Below, one piece after another: positions 19,224 to 37,829 of a stretch of 64,000 nt of DNA. A model generated the notes under the pieces. That model did no database searches, was not told the DNA's origin, and saw only the letters and a program-made list of their open reading frames with translations. The stretch comes from the human T2T-CHM13v2.0 reference genome, Homo sapiens. The translations under genes and the position numbers were made by a program. Positions within the stretch are counted from its first letter, which is position 1. Each line of letters opens with the position of its first letter. The stretch lies in NCBI RefSeq assembly GCF_009914755.1, contig NC_060941.1. One strand, given 5' to 3'.

Positions 19224-20319
19224 CTATATGACTGAATACACAACATGAACTTTTAACTTTTTCTGCAATTTCCCCAAAAGGTATAAACTGATTTTATAAT
19301 TTAGAGGAAAAAGAAGTTTAAAAAGACACATCCTAAAGGCAGTGTACTGTGACCCAGAAAAAAATGAATTCAGAATCCAGAAATCTGAATTGCTGCCCTG
19401 ATGTTACAACAGACTAGCTACTTATTTGAACCTGAGATTCTGCCCCAATTGAAAATGTTGACGGTAGTTCAAAGCGATCTTGGGAACAACAACAACAAAA
19501 ATATGTAAATACAAGAAACAGTATTATGTTTGCAAGCCTCAATTTAATCAATTTAGGAAGTAACTGAAAAGTTTTTAACAAGAAAAAGGATACAATTAAA
19601 CGTATACTTATTGTATTGTATACTTTGTTTTTATATTACTGACATTTACTTTCACTCCATTCTAGAATTAAACCCTCCTAAAACCAAGATAAGTTTACAA
19701 AACCTTTATAATACTTTATATGAGGAATTAAGGAGAAAATTACTCATTAATCTCATCATGACTCTGTAGGGCCAGAAAGAACCTGGGAGATGCAGATTCT
19801 GTAACCTGCAACGGGGTGGACAATAAGACTACTGAATGACTAGTTTCAAGTGGAATATCCATAACATAGTTACCCCTTACTAAAAAGCAAGGATTTCCTA
19901 TTTCAGTATCTGAAAGGTTCAAAATTTGATAATGATTACACAATTATGTTCAATAAACAATCTTTTAAAATATATTCCTAGCCTTTACTTACATATCCTA
20001 CATATCCCAACTATTTTAACTCACAGCTTACAAGAATCAGTTATAAAAAGAAGAGTTTGTTCTGGAAACTACACATGAGATAATATATGCTGATTCAATC
20101 TAGGAAGGAAGGGCAGAAGCCTGCAAAATGTGCCACTGAGAGGGAAAGATGACTATCCATTTGGAAGGAGATTTAGATCAGCTCAAGAACTCGCAAGGAC
20201 TGGTGGCGAGTGGCAGGGTACATCCATCTGATGAATCTGCAGTTTTGGTCGGAAAAGGATGCTGTTTGCAAACACCCGGTGGGGATGAGTACCTGTGCCA
20301 AGACATCCTTGAAAACTCC

Positions 20320-21350
20320 AGGATACGCACCACCTGACTGCGGAACAGTGAGCACAAGACACCCGGAGCGCTGCAGAATGGGCACGGCATCCTTGGTACC
20401 GGGCCAGCCCTCTCCACAGCGGCAGGGGCGGGGTAGGGGTGCCCTACTGGAGGGAGGACATGGGCACGACTCCCCGAATAAAAACCGCTCATCGGGTGGG
20501 GGCGGGGACTAACCACCACCCTCACAACCCCCTCACCTCCACGCTCTGTTCATCCATTGCCTCCGGCTCTCGGCGGGGCCGCTGGCGACCCGCAGGCTCC
20601 GCAGTCTGACCTCTTAGGCGCCGGCCCGAGGTCGCCAGATCAAATCGCCGATAAAAGCCCGGCGCCCACGTCAGGGGGCTCTGACAACCGCCCCACCTGC
20701 GCGCCCCATCTCTTCAGGTCCAGCGCCGCCTACCCCCATTTCGCCATTTTTACCGGCGCGCCCGCCCCGAGGCGCAGAAGTAGGGCGAACGGTGGCCGCA
20801 GCTCCTTTCTCCCGGCTCAGCCGCCGGCCAGCAGCCGCGCCGGAACCTCGGCCCACGTGACGCGGGCGCGCGCCTATGGAACTGACGGTGGAGTTCAGCG
20901 AAGAAGGTGCCGCAGAGAATTCGCAAACACCAACCGTAACCAGAGCAGCTGGGGGCGCGGCGGCGAGAGAAGCTGCGAAGCGCATGCGCGCAGGACGCTG
21001 TGGGAGGGGAAAGGAGGGGAGGAGCGTGGAGCGATCGCCTAGTTCCCGCGTTGCGGGGCGCATACGAGACTTGGCGACTCGCTGCCTCAGGGTTGCGTGC
21101 CTCCGGCCCTAGCCTGCGCAGGCGGCCTGAGCTTGGGGCTCTGCTACGCCACCCACGCCCACCTTGGCGGAGGGCGGGGCCCCACGGCTCTCAAACTTGC
21201 GCGCCAAAGACGGAGCCACCTGGCGTACTGGTGGAAAGCGCAGACTTCAGAGCCACACCCGTAGTTAAGTATTCGGACTCTGAGATTCCAGGGTGGGGCC
21301 CAGGCCATCCGCGTTTTCACCCAGCATCGTGTGATTCGGCAGCAGGTGGT
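20320..21350. promoter_or_regulatory. TRIM37: CpG-island promoter and 5'UTR of TRIM37
   Basis: High GC and CpG content in an otherwise CpG-poor window. Motifs seen: GC boxes (~20425, ~20500, ~21171), YY1-type CGCCATTTT 20742-20750, CCACGTGAC E-box 20853-20861, NRF1 GCGCATGCGC 20980-20989, E2F TTTGGCGCG (minus strand) 21200-21208. Confidence 0.93.
20537..20557 (-). CDS. TRIM37: TRIM37 coding exon 1 (MDEQSVE), E3 ubiquitin ligase
   Basis: Minus strand reads gcaATGG (strong Kozak) ATG GAT GAA CAG AGC GTG GAG then the donor gtgagg; lies in a CpG island; matches the known TRIM37 N-terminus. Confidence 0.97.
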
Positions 21351-21378
21351 CTGTGGCCCGCACTTTGAGAAACCCTGG
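21225..21378. mobile_element. MER5-like hAT-Charlie remnant at the edge of the TRIM37 CpG island
   Basis: gactctgagattccagggtggggcccagg...gtgattc...cactttgagaaaccctg resembles MER5A/B. Confidence 0.65.
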
Positions 21379-22057
21379 TGCAGAAGGTTCATGGTTAGTG
21401 GTTCTCTCTGGAAGGAACAGTCTAAGGTTTGTAGGACTTGCGTTCCACCTACCAAAGCTAATCGAGTTAGAAGGCTCCAAACTGAGGTGTCATTTCTCAT
21501 TACGGTGGTGAGAGGACGGGACCACACACTGTGAAGTCTTCGTTCCCACATCCCACACTTCATTCTTGCCGCCTAAGTTGTCGCCGTGGGACTATTGAAA
21601 GGGTATCAGCGATATTCATCTTTCCTATAAATGGGATCTGCTTTCTACAGTTTCCTGCCAGATGTGTAAAGATTGCAAGAATTGAAGGTTTGTGAGACAA
21701 AGAGGGCATATCAAATTCGTAATTTGAATTTAATTTTTCCTGTATTTATTGCAAACAACTAATTATACTTAACCGACCTAGAGTGCACATGTAGAGAATC
21801 ACTAATAATCTAGAAATAAGTTCTTGAATATCAGGCATTTAGGCTTATAGGTGGTGGGTAGCAACAATTTTTTTTAACTACTTGGGTCATGAACAAGATA
21901 TAATTTAGAAAGATTAATCTGAGACTGAAAAATTCTTTCAGTAAGAATTATTTGTGGTCTTTGACCTACATGGAGCTATTTTTACGAAAATGGCCTCAGT
22001 TGTACATTTTTAAATGGTTGATGGTTAATATTATGAGAATTTTACTTAAAAGAATTA

Positions 22058-22426
<369 letters not shown>

Positions 22427-23473
22427 TCAAGGAGCAGTACAGAAGACAAATAAGACAAATTGCAATACTTACATGATAAATAGTTAAGATTCTTGTATGT
22501 TTGCCGAAGAACCTAAGAATGTCGAAGGACTTATTGCACCAATTCATAATAGCGAACAATTAGAAACCTGTACAGCTGATTAGAGGCCGTTGGTTGCAAG
22601 CAAAAAGGATAACTTGAGCAAAATAAATAATTTAGTTGGCAAGATGCTAAACTCACATCGTTTGCCAAGCCCTGGGGTTTGAGAGCCAACGGTCTGCTCC
22701 ATCAGAATCCCTTAAAGGCTGACCTTGCTGCCCTCCCCACAAGAAAAATCTCCTAACTTCATACATATCCTTAAATAACTTGCTGTTATACAACTTACTT
22801 GTTATATTATTTGTATAACTTGCTGTTATAGAGCTTAAATGTCTATCACTAAGGAACTGATAAAAATGACTATATATCTAGCTGGGCATGGTGGTGCACA
22901 CCTGTGGTCCCAGCTACTCTGGAGGCTGAGATGGAAGGATCACTTGAGCCCAGGAATTTGAGGCTGCAGTGATCCAAGATCACACCACTGCACTCCAGCC
23001 TGGGCAACACAGCCAGATCCTGTCTAAAATTAAAAAAAAAAAAAAAGTATGGTATAGCCATATAATGGATTACAGCTGTTAAAAAGAAGGGTGGATGTGT
23101 GACATAACAAAAATATATTAGAATTGAAGACCGGGCACAGTGGCTCATGTATCCCAGGACTTTGGGAAGCTGAGGCTGGCAGATCTCTTGAGCCCAGGAG
23201 TTGGAGACCAGCCTGGGCAACATAATGAAACCAAGTCCTACAAAATATACAAAAATTAGCAGGGGTTGGTGGCATGCATCTGTGGTCCCAGCTACTTGGG
23301 AGGCTGAGGCAAGAGGATTGCTTGAGCCCTGGAGGCTGCAGTGAGCCATGATAGCAACACTGCATTCTACCCTGGGTGACAGAGCGAGACCCTCTCTCAA
23401 ATAAAATAATGAAATGAAAAAAAATCTAAGTACAGCAGCAGTACAAGGCATAGTATCAACCTACTTTTGTTGA

Positions 23474-23868
<395 letters not shown>

Positions 23869-23959
23869 TGAGCCACCATGCCCGGCCATGCCTGTGATTT
23901 TTAAATTCTTAAACATGTATTATTTATAACTTAAGACATAAAGACACTATAGTCACATA

Positions 23960-24340
23960 GGAGAAAACAATTATAATCCAAATGAGAAACAAAAGATCTA
24001 AATTAAGGAGGTGTGAAGATAATGTAGAGGTTGTATACTATGACCATTTTAGAAAGAGGATTGTAGGTTTTATTGACTAAGAAGATAAAGGGATGCAAAT
24101 TAGTTATACAGGTTTTAATTCCAGACAACAGAATAGTGGCTATTAACAATAAAATCAGTAAGTATTCTGGACATGTTTAACTTGAATATTCAGGTAGGGG
24201 ATTTTATTGGAAATACGGATCTAGAGCTAGTGGAAGAAGTTATATTTAGGAGTCATCCACAAAGAGGCTTGAGAAACAAATGAAAATGTATTGAGAAGTG
24301 CATAGAGAACAATGTTAAGGGGGCTGTGGGGAAAAAACAA
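23960..24340 (-). mobile_element. L2 remnant overlapping the distal SKA2 3' end (other L2-like remnants near 7400-7740, 8760-9620, 15230-16450, 18100-18290, 59440-59800)
   Basis: ggacatgtttaacttga...atacggatctagagct...atatttaggagtcatc resembles antisense L2 ORF2. Confidence 0.55.
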
Positions 24341-26372
24341 CATTTGGAAGATAACTGAAGGAAATCATAGAGGAAAAATAGTACAATCTAATTTTTCTCC
24401 CTAACTGAAAGCAAAACCACTTTTAATACTAAGAATTTATTATGATCTCTCCATGATACTACCGTTTTTTCAATCCCAACAATCATCATCACATCCCAGA
24501 GCCATCTCATGACAAGAGCTTTCTAAATACTAATTGCCTGAACACTGAAGAAAATTAATATCTGATACTAAGGTGTAACTTATTTCTCTGTAATTAAAAA
24601 AAAGGGGGCCAGGCACGGTAGCTCATGCCTGTAATCCCAGCACTTTGGGAGGCCGAGGTGGGTGGATCACCATCAGGAGTTAAAGACCAGCCTGGTCAAG
24701 ATGGTGAAGCCCCATCTCTACTAAAAATACAAAAAAATAGCCGGGCGTGGTGGCGGGCGCCTGTAATCCCAGCTACTCGGGAGGGTGGGGCAGAGAACTG
24801 CTTGAACCTGGGAGGTGGAGGTTGCAGTGAGCTGAGAGCGTACCACTGCATTCCAGCCTGGGCAACAGAGTGAGACTCCGTCTCAAAAAAAAAAAAAAAA
24901 AAAAAAAGGCTTTCTGTTCTTGAAATATTCAAACTAGACAGGACAATTTTAACTGAAGCTGTTCTCACAACCCTGTTTTTCAGCTATTATAAGTTTGTTA
25001 ATGGACAAACATGTTCATAACTGAAATTTTAAAATTACATAAAAGTATAATTCTATAACCTGCAGAACTAACATTTGATGCATTTTTCCTAGTCCTTTCA
25101 ATGCTTAGTTTTTATTACATGTATGTAATATCACTTATTGAAGGCTTACTAAATACTGAACCCTGTATTAAAACACTTTCCTGTCTTGTCCTTCCAAACA
25201 TCCTGACACTCAAAAGTTAAGTGATCTGCACAGGGTCATAGCTAGAATTTAAAAGCTGCTACTTACATCTCAGATATGACTCCAAAGCCCAATCTTCACT
25301 ACAAAACTGCAATACCTGCTTTCCCTCTCCCCCACTTAGCATAGTTTCAGCATTTCCCAGAACATTAACAGTAATAATTTATTGGCAACTTGACCTCTTA
25401 TTGTATACATACAGCATGATTTATTTTCCTATTCACCTAGTACTAGCCAAATGTGTATGTATATTGCTATTATAAACAACCCTGTGATTAACATCTTTCT
25501 ATCAAGATCTGCCTCTACTTTGAACAGTTTCCTTATTGCCAATAGTTATTTTAAAATAAATAGTTATTTTAAAGGGAAATTGACACATACATATAACACA
25601 CTCACGCAAAACTGGCAAGTAGCAGATAAGTGCTCTTCTAATTTCAGTTTCCTAGCTTTCATGTAGAATGAACAATTATAGTAATAAAGGCTGAAGGAAA
25701 ACAAAGATATTATTGAGATACAACAGGGACAGTCTAAAACAGCATCAGAAAGCAAGTTCATGCTGTTCAACATTAGCAGGCAAGGGAAATAGGGAAAGAA
25801 ATACGCAAACGTGGCTATCACAGAAAAGCCAGCTTATTACTTTAGGTTCTGTGGGAGACTACAGGTCACATAAAAGCAGTCTCAACAATAATGTGACCAC
25901 ATGTGCAATCAACATTTACAAAATGAAATTATATATCATGTATAACACAAATGTTTTGCCTATACTTTAATTTACAAAGCCACATACCGAATGACTGAAA
26001 TGTACATAAACATTCTTTTATGATAGACCAGAACATCTATATTATCATGACTTAGAAAAAGAAAACAGATGCAAAATAGTGTTGAGAATTTCTGGCCTGA
26101 AATTACAAGACTAAGTGTGTGTGTGCATGCGTGTGTACATATATTTAAATCGTTTTATTCTCATTTGATCCTTTTGGCTGAACTTTATTCATATATTATC
26201 TGCCCTTCTTCTTATAATCTCTCTCATGAAAGATATCATTATCCAGTCATTGAAGCCAAACCCCCTTCACCAGCCCCCAATCTCTAGACATCAAGGGTTA
26301 ACAAGACATCTTCCTAAATTTCTCCGGAATTAAGCTCTTCTCTGTTAGAATTTCCTTTCCAAGTCCATTTCT
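24044..26372 (-). other. SKA2: SKA2 3'UTR (long form), containing an antisense Alu, a MIR and L2-derived distal sequence
   Basis: Follows the stop codon; several minus-strand AATAAA hexamers; the distal end is inferred from the AATAAA at 24069-24074. Confidence 0.75.
24069..24074 (-). terminator. SKA2: Probable distal SKA2 poly(A) signal AATAAA
   Basis: tttatt on the plus strand; position fits the recalled ~2.3-kb SKA2 3'UTR. Confidence 0.65.
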
Positions 26373-26441
26373 TCATAAATCTGGCATGTGAAATTTGAAT
26401 TGCTCTGCCGCAGTTTTCTCTTCTTTAGTCAGTGGTGACAG
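26373..26441 (-). CDS. SKA2: SKA2 last coding exon (LSPLTKEEKTAAEQFKFHMPDL*)
   Basis: ttttctag acceptor, 23 codons ending in TGA; with the recalled 11-aa exon 1 this gives the known 121-aa protein. Confidence 0.97.
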   Translation of the reverse strand: MSPLTKEEKTAAEQFKFHMPDL

Positions 26442-26740
26442 CTAGAAAATAAATGATAAAATCTTTATTTCAAAAACTTTCAAAGACTTAAATCAGTTTA
26501 GTTAACTTCTGCATTGTCACACCAATAAATGTTTCCCTAAGCTTATACTATGTATGTAATCACAGATTTAGAAAGGCAAGGGAAAAAACAGATACTTGGC
26601 TATTTATATACAAGGTCCTATGATGTTTGAGCTTCTAAAGAACTTGCAATTAAGTTGAAGAAACAAGACCAAGAAATCAAACAATTTAAGGATTATAGCA
26701 GAACCAAAGAAGTCATGTTTGGATGCCATATTCTAAAAGT

Positions 26741-27000
26741 ACAGTCAACCCTCAGTATCTGTGGGAGATTGATTCCAGGATAACAAAATCCACAGATGCT
26801 CAAGTCCCTTATATAAAACTGCGTAGTATTTGCATAGAAACTATACATATCCTCCTGTATACTTTAAATCATCTCTAGATTACTTATATACCTAATACAA
26901 TGTAAATGCTATGTACATAATTGTTACACTGTATTGTGGAAGGAATAAATGATAAGGAAAAAAGTCTACAGATGTTCAGTACAGATACAACCATCTAATT
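26741..27000 (+). mobile_element. MER2 (TcMar-Tigger) DNA transposon
   Basis: cagtcaaccctcagtatctgtgggagattgattccagga...caaaatccacagatgctcaagtcccttatataaaa...tactttaaatcatctctagattactt. Confidence 0.85.
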
Positions 27001-27149
27001 TTTTTCCAAAATTTTTGTTTTCTATTTTTGAAACGGGGTCACTCTGTCGCCCAGGCTGGAGTGCAGTGGCACAATCATGGCTCCCTGCAGCCTCAACCTC
27101 CCATCTCAAGCAATCCTCCCACCTCAGCCTCCCGAGTAGCTAATTTTTA

Positions 27150-27311
<162 letters not shown>

Positions 27312-27758
27312 TCATCTTAAGAAAAGAAAAAAGAGGCCGGACGCGGTGGCTCATGCCTTCTAATCCCAGCGCTTCGGGAGGCTGAGGCGGGTGGATCACT
27401 TGAGGTCAGGAGTTTGAGACCAGCCTGACCAACATGGTGAAACCCCATCTCTACTAAAAAACACAAAAATTAGCCAGGCATGGTGGTATGCACCTGTAAT
27501 CCCAGCTACTCAGGAGGCTGAGTTGGGAGAATCCCTCGAACCTGGGAGGCGGAGGCTGCAGTGACCCAAGATCGCACCACTGAACTCCATCCAGCCTGGG
27601 TGACAGAGCAAGACTAAATCACACAAAAAAAGAAAGAGGCCGGGCACAGTGGCTCATGCCTGTAATCCCAGCACTTTAGGAGGCTGAGGTGGGTGGATCA
27701 CCTGAGGTCAGGAGTTTGAGACCAGCCTGACCAACATGGTGGAACCTCATCTCTACTA

Positions 27759-27920
<162 letters not shown>

Positions 27921-28387
27921 TCAAAAAAAAAAAAAAGATAAAGGAAAATGTATTATCATTCCACAATAACTTCAGAAAAAGGAAAGACTTCTGGGCTGAC
28001 TTATTTAGCAACTGAACAATGTAAGGACTCCATTTTTTCCATCTCACAGCTCTAATATCCTGGATAGTGCCTTTACCCTCAAGCTGACAGCAAATGGCTT
28101 TAACGGTGCTAGGTATCACAACTCTACACAATGTCCAGAAGAAGAAAAGAAGCTTTCTCTTCTCAGGGTTCTCTCAGCAGTGAGTAAAGTCTTCCTAGTA
28201 ACCTACTTCCAGACTATCCTTACTCACATGTCATTTGGGTTACAAACCCATTCCTCAACCACTGTTAGTTAAAAAATAAAGTCCATTCCCTATGCCAATC
28301 AGATGCACCCCTGGAGCTGAGGATGGGGCCAGATTCATCTCAGGCACATCGCTATGAGGGACAACACACATCTCAAGAAAGTCAGTA

Positions 28388-28718
28388 TAGTCATGTGTCA
28401 CTTAATGACAGGAATACGTTCTGAGAAATGCATCGTTAGGCAGTTTCATCGTGTGAACATCACAGACTGTACTTACACAAACAGGGATTGTATATATACA
28501 CTCAGGCTATATGGTATAGCCTACTGCTCCTGGGCTACAAATCTGTACAGCATGTTACTGTACTGAATACCGTAGGCAGTGGTAACACATGGTATTTTTA
28601 TATCTAAACATCTGAACATAAGAGTACAGTAAAAATACGCTATTATAATCTTCTGGGACCACTGTCATATATATTTGGTCCATTGTTGACCAAAACGTCA
28701 TTATGCACTGCATGTCTA
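28388..28718 (-). mobile_element. Tigger3a/MER7A-like non-autonomous DNA transposon, apparently full length
   Basis: Decayed CAGTCATG...CATGACTG termini flanked by TA on both sides; internal gttctgagaaatgcatcgttagg and catgttactgtactgaatac. Confidence 0.85.
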
Positions 28719-28959
28719 TATTCTGGTAGGCAGGAAAGGATAACAGATACTGAGAAAGAAAAATGGCCAATAGCATCCACCAAAAGCAGGTAGCAGCAAA
28801 AGAAGGGAGGCTGAAGGGAAGTTGTAAGGGACTTTCACAGAGCACCAACAAACAGGCTGGCTGAAACAAAGGGTTATGTGGGGAATTAATAGGAGGTACA
28901 ACCTGAAGAATCAAGTAGTTACAATTCTGCCAACTATATAGGTCATCTCTAGAGAGACT

Positions 28960-29560
<601 letters not shown>

Positions 29561-29569
29561 AACATTTGC

Positions 29570-32050
<2,481 letters not shown>

Positions 32051-32142
32051 ACTCAGATGACTGAAATCCTCTTATCACTGGCTGGACATGGTGGCTCACG
32101 CCTGTAATCCCAGCACTTTGGGAGGCTGAGGCAGATTCATCA

Positions 32143-32361
<219 letters not shown>

Positions 32362-33415
32362 TCAAAAAAGAAAAAAAATCCTCTATTACTATATAACTAC
32401 TTTTATGTACCAATTTGTAGTCTCAAAAATATACCATCAATTTATTATATCCAGTGGGGGAAATTTGTAAATATTCAAAATACCATTTTTCCCTTTGCCC
32501 TCTCACCCAAGTTTATTCTGTGCTTCAATAAATTTATGGTTCTATACAGATATGTTGTCATGTACATCTGGAACTATACTTAATCAGCTATTTGTTTTCC
32601 AAGAACAAGGTTATGTGCTCTATTGTCAGGCACATATAATGAAGAATGTGTGATTTGAGATGATTTATAAAAGCTTATCATATACATACTTTTTTTTGCA
32701 TTTAATTTACTAGCATGTGACACAACCCTGTTTTAAATTCTGTCTCCCCATTACCTCTATTCCCTGTTCAATTGCCCTTCCTTCCTCCATCATTCATCTC
32801 CTTGTGATATAACAGATACATCTAAGGTATCATTTTATCGTTCTAAGCAGATATTATTCTATTTTTTCCCCTCCATTTGCAATATAAAGTATTCTTGATC
32901 AAACTGACCTGGGTAATTAACCTTTCTGATTTACTCTAGCTACAAGCCCATAATTCAAAGTATCTTAAGCCAAAATTTAGTGTAGAGTTGGCAAATAAAT
33001 ATCACATATGCAGCCCTTCCTCCTTCCCATGCTCGTGGCAGACTACGCTATTTTCTGCCATGTCCAGACACAGCTCCTTGATACAGCACTCTAAGCCACC
33101 CTTTTCTAGACATCTCAGTCTCACTAGTACTTACAGGAACCAGCTAAGCTGCTAGATTTTATAAGTATTACCAAGTTTTCTGCCATGGTTACATAATTCA
33201 AGACAGCACAATTCTTTATTAACCATGTCAAGTCCAAATGCTTATTTTTAAATAAACAGAAATAAGAGCTATTATACTTCAGGGTATCAGGAAAATCTTT
33301 CAATAGTTCAAACTGACTGCTGAGTTTCAAAATTTAAGTTACATCAGGTTTATTTTTCAAAGCAACACTCAGAGCTAAAGCTAAACAAATCTAACCTGTC
33401 AACTGAAAGCATTAC

Positions 33416-33592
33416 CTCCAGGTCTGTTTGCTTCTGTAGTTTTTGTATCATATTCATAGTCTTTTTCACAGTAGCACAAATGCGGCTCTTACTCTCTTTC
33501 TGCTCAACAGCAACTGGTTTAAAGCGGGCATACAAAGTTTGATATCGAGACTTTATCACTGACAATTCCTTTAAGAGTGTAACTGGATTTTT
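33416..33592 (-). CDS. SKA2: SKA2 exon 3 ([59 protein letters not shown])
   Basis: catag acceptor, gtaatg donor, 177 nt, phase 0-0; overlaps ORF 33350..33565. Confidence 0.97.
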
Positions 33593-33964
33593 CTATGTCA
33601 GGAAAAAAGTGAACATGTATTAAATTATGAAAGATTAAACTTTTTAAGAATTAAAATACTGTATACATACAACACATTCTACCATCCATTTAATTGAACA
33701 CTGTTGAGTATTTAATTATGCAGCCACATGACATCAGATGGGAGGTGGGGAAGAGAGAAAAGTATAAGACCTAGATCCTATTCTCAAGGAATTTATAGCC
33801 TAGGTACAGAAATAACCCACCAAAAAAATTAGCAATATTAAACAGCAAATAAGGGTCACCTTAGATATATAACATTTGATGGATAGTTCACAATAATAAA
33901 TTATACAATATTTCTAAAATACAATTCTAAATGCTATTCAGAAGAAGATAAAAGGCACTATTAG

Positions 33965-34210
<246 letters not shown>

Positions 34211-34528
34211 TAGCAAGGATGGTCTCAATCTCCTGACCTTGTGATCCGCCCGCCTCAACCTCCCAAAGTGCTGGGATTACAGGTGTGAGCCACTGCGCCC
34301 GGCCAAAATTCGTAAACATACTATCATGGGGATAAAGTATGTATAAATATCAATTTACTTATATACACACAAAATATAAAATTCATGCCAACCCAACTGT
34401 ATTTATAAACTATGCTGGTTTTCCAGATTTATTTTGTAATATACATTACCACTATTCCATAAAAGACATTTCAATTGGACCCCTTCTGCCACTTGGTAAT
34501 TCTTTTCTTTAATTTTTTTTTTAAATAG

Positions 34529-34663
<135 letters not shown>

Positions 34664-34844
34664 TAGGTAAGATTCATATATTTTCAGGCCCCACCAAGTG
34701 ACAGCACAATTAATAAAAAGATCTATACCATAACTGTAAATTTTCGCAGGATAGAAAAAATATTCTGAAACTTCCAGGTGATAGGTAAGGGACTGGGGTA
34801 GGCTGAGGAGGAAAGCACAGACAAAGGATCAGGAATGAGAATGG

Positions 34845-36419
<1,575 letters not shown>

Positions 36420-36601
36420 TCAAAGGCTGGGTGCAGTGACTCACGCCTGCAAGTCCCAGCACTTTGGGAGACCAAGAGGGGCAGATCACTTGAGGTCAGG
36501 AGTTCCAGAACAGCATGGCCAACATGGCGAAACCTCATCTCTACTAATAATACAAAAATTAGCCGGGCGTGGTAGCACACGCCTGTAGTCCCAGCTACTC
36601 A

Positions 36602-36769
<168 letters not shown>

Positions 36770-37119
36770 CTAGCTACTCGGGCGGCTAAGCAGGGAGGAT
36801 CACTTGGGCCTGGGAGGCAGATACTGCCGTAAGCCATGGTCACAGAGTAGCTGGGACTACAGGTGTGTGCCACCACACCCAGCTAATTTTTGTAGTTTTA
36901 GTAGAGATGAGGTTTCGCCATGTTGGCCAGGCTGGTCTAGAACTCCTGACCTCAGGTGATCTGCCTACCTCGGCCTCCCAAAGCGCTGGGATTACAGGCG
37001 TGAACCACTGCGCCCAACCTTTAAATTATTTTTTGTAGAGATGGGGCTTCCCTATGTTGGCCAGGCTGGTCTCAAACTCCTGCACTCCAGCCTGGGCGGC
37101 AGAGCAAAACCTTGTCTCA

Positions 37120-37157
<38 letters not shown>

Positions 37158-37546
37158 CTAAGCAAATGGAAGGAAAAAAAAGAAAACAATTATTAGCTCT
37201 AGAAAAATAAGTTGTGAAGAAAGGAAAGCAGACACAGTATTCAATAGGGCTTATATAAAAGAGTTACAGAAATTGTGAAGACAGGAATAAATATGGGTAG
37301 TAAAGTATTTAAACTTTATCTTCCATAGTACAAAATTCTTTTTTTTTTTTTTTTTTTTTAAGAGTTAGAATTGGCTGGGTGTGATGGCTAATGCCTGTAA
37401 TCCCAGCACTTTGGGAAGCTGAAGCGGGTGGATCATGAGGTCAGGAGTGTGAGACCAGCCTGGCCAACACGGTGAAGCCCTGAATCTACTAAAAATACAA
37501 AAATTAGCTGGGCAGGGTGGCATGTGCCTGTAATCCCAGCTACTCA

Positions 37547-37672
<126 letters not shown>

Positions 37673-37829
37673 TTAGAATCTTACTCTGTCACCTAGGCTG
37701 GAGTGCAGTGGTGCAATCATAGCTCACTTGAACTACTGGGCTCAAGTGATCCTCCCACCTCAGCATCCCAAGTAGCTGGGACTACAAGTGTGAGCTACTA
37801 CATCAGGCCTATAGTAGGAAATTATTATT

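Noticed and set aside
20557-21368. Plus- and minus-strand 78-161 aa ORFs over the CpG island
   Set aside because: GC-rich DNA lacks stops; no recognisable domain, and several start at non-ATG codons. Only the short uORFs were kept.
24044-26372. Self-targeting of the SKA2 3'UTR by miR-454-3p
   Set aside because: By eye I found only weak 6-mer matches (near 24297 and 25904) and no 7-8mer TTGCACT(A) site.
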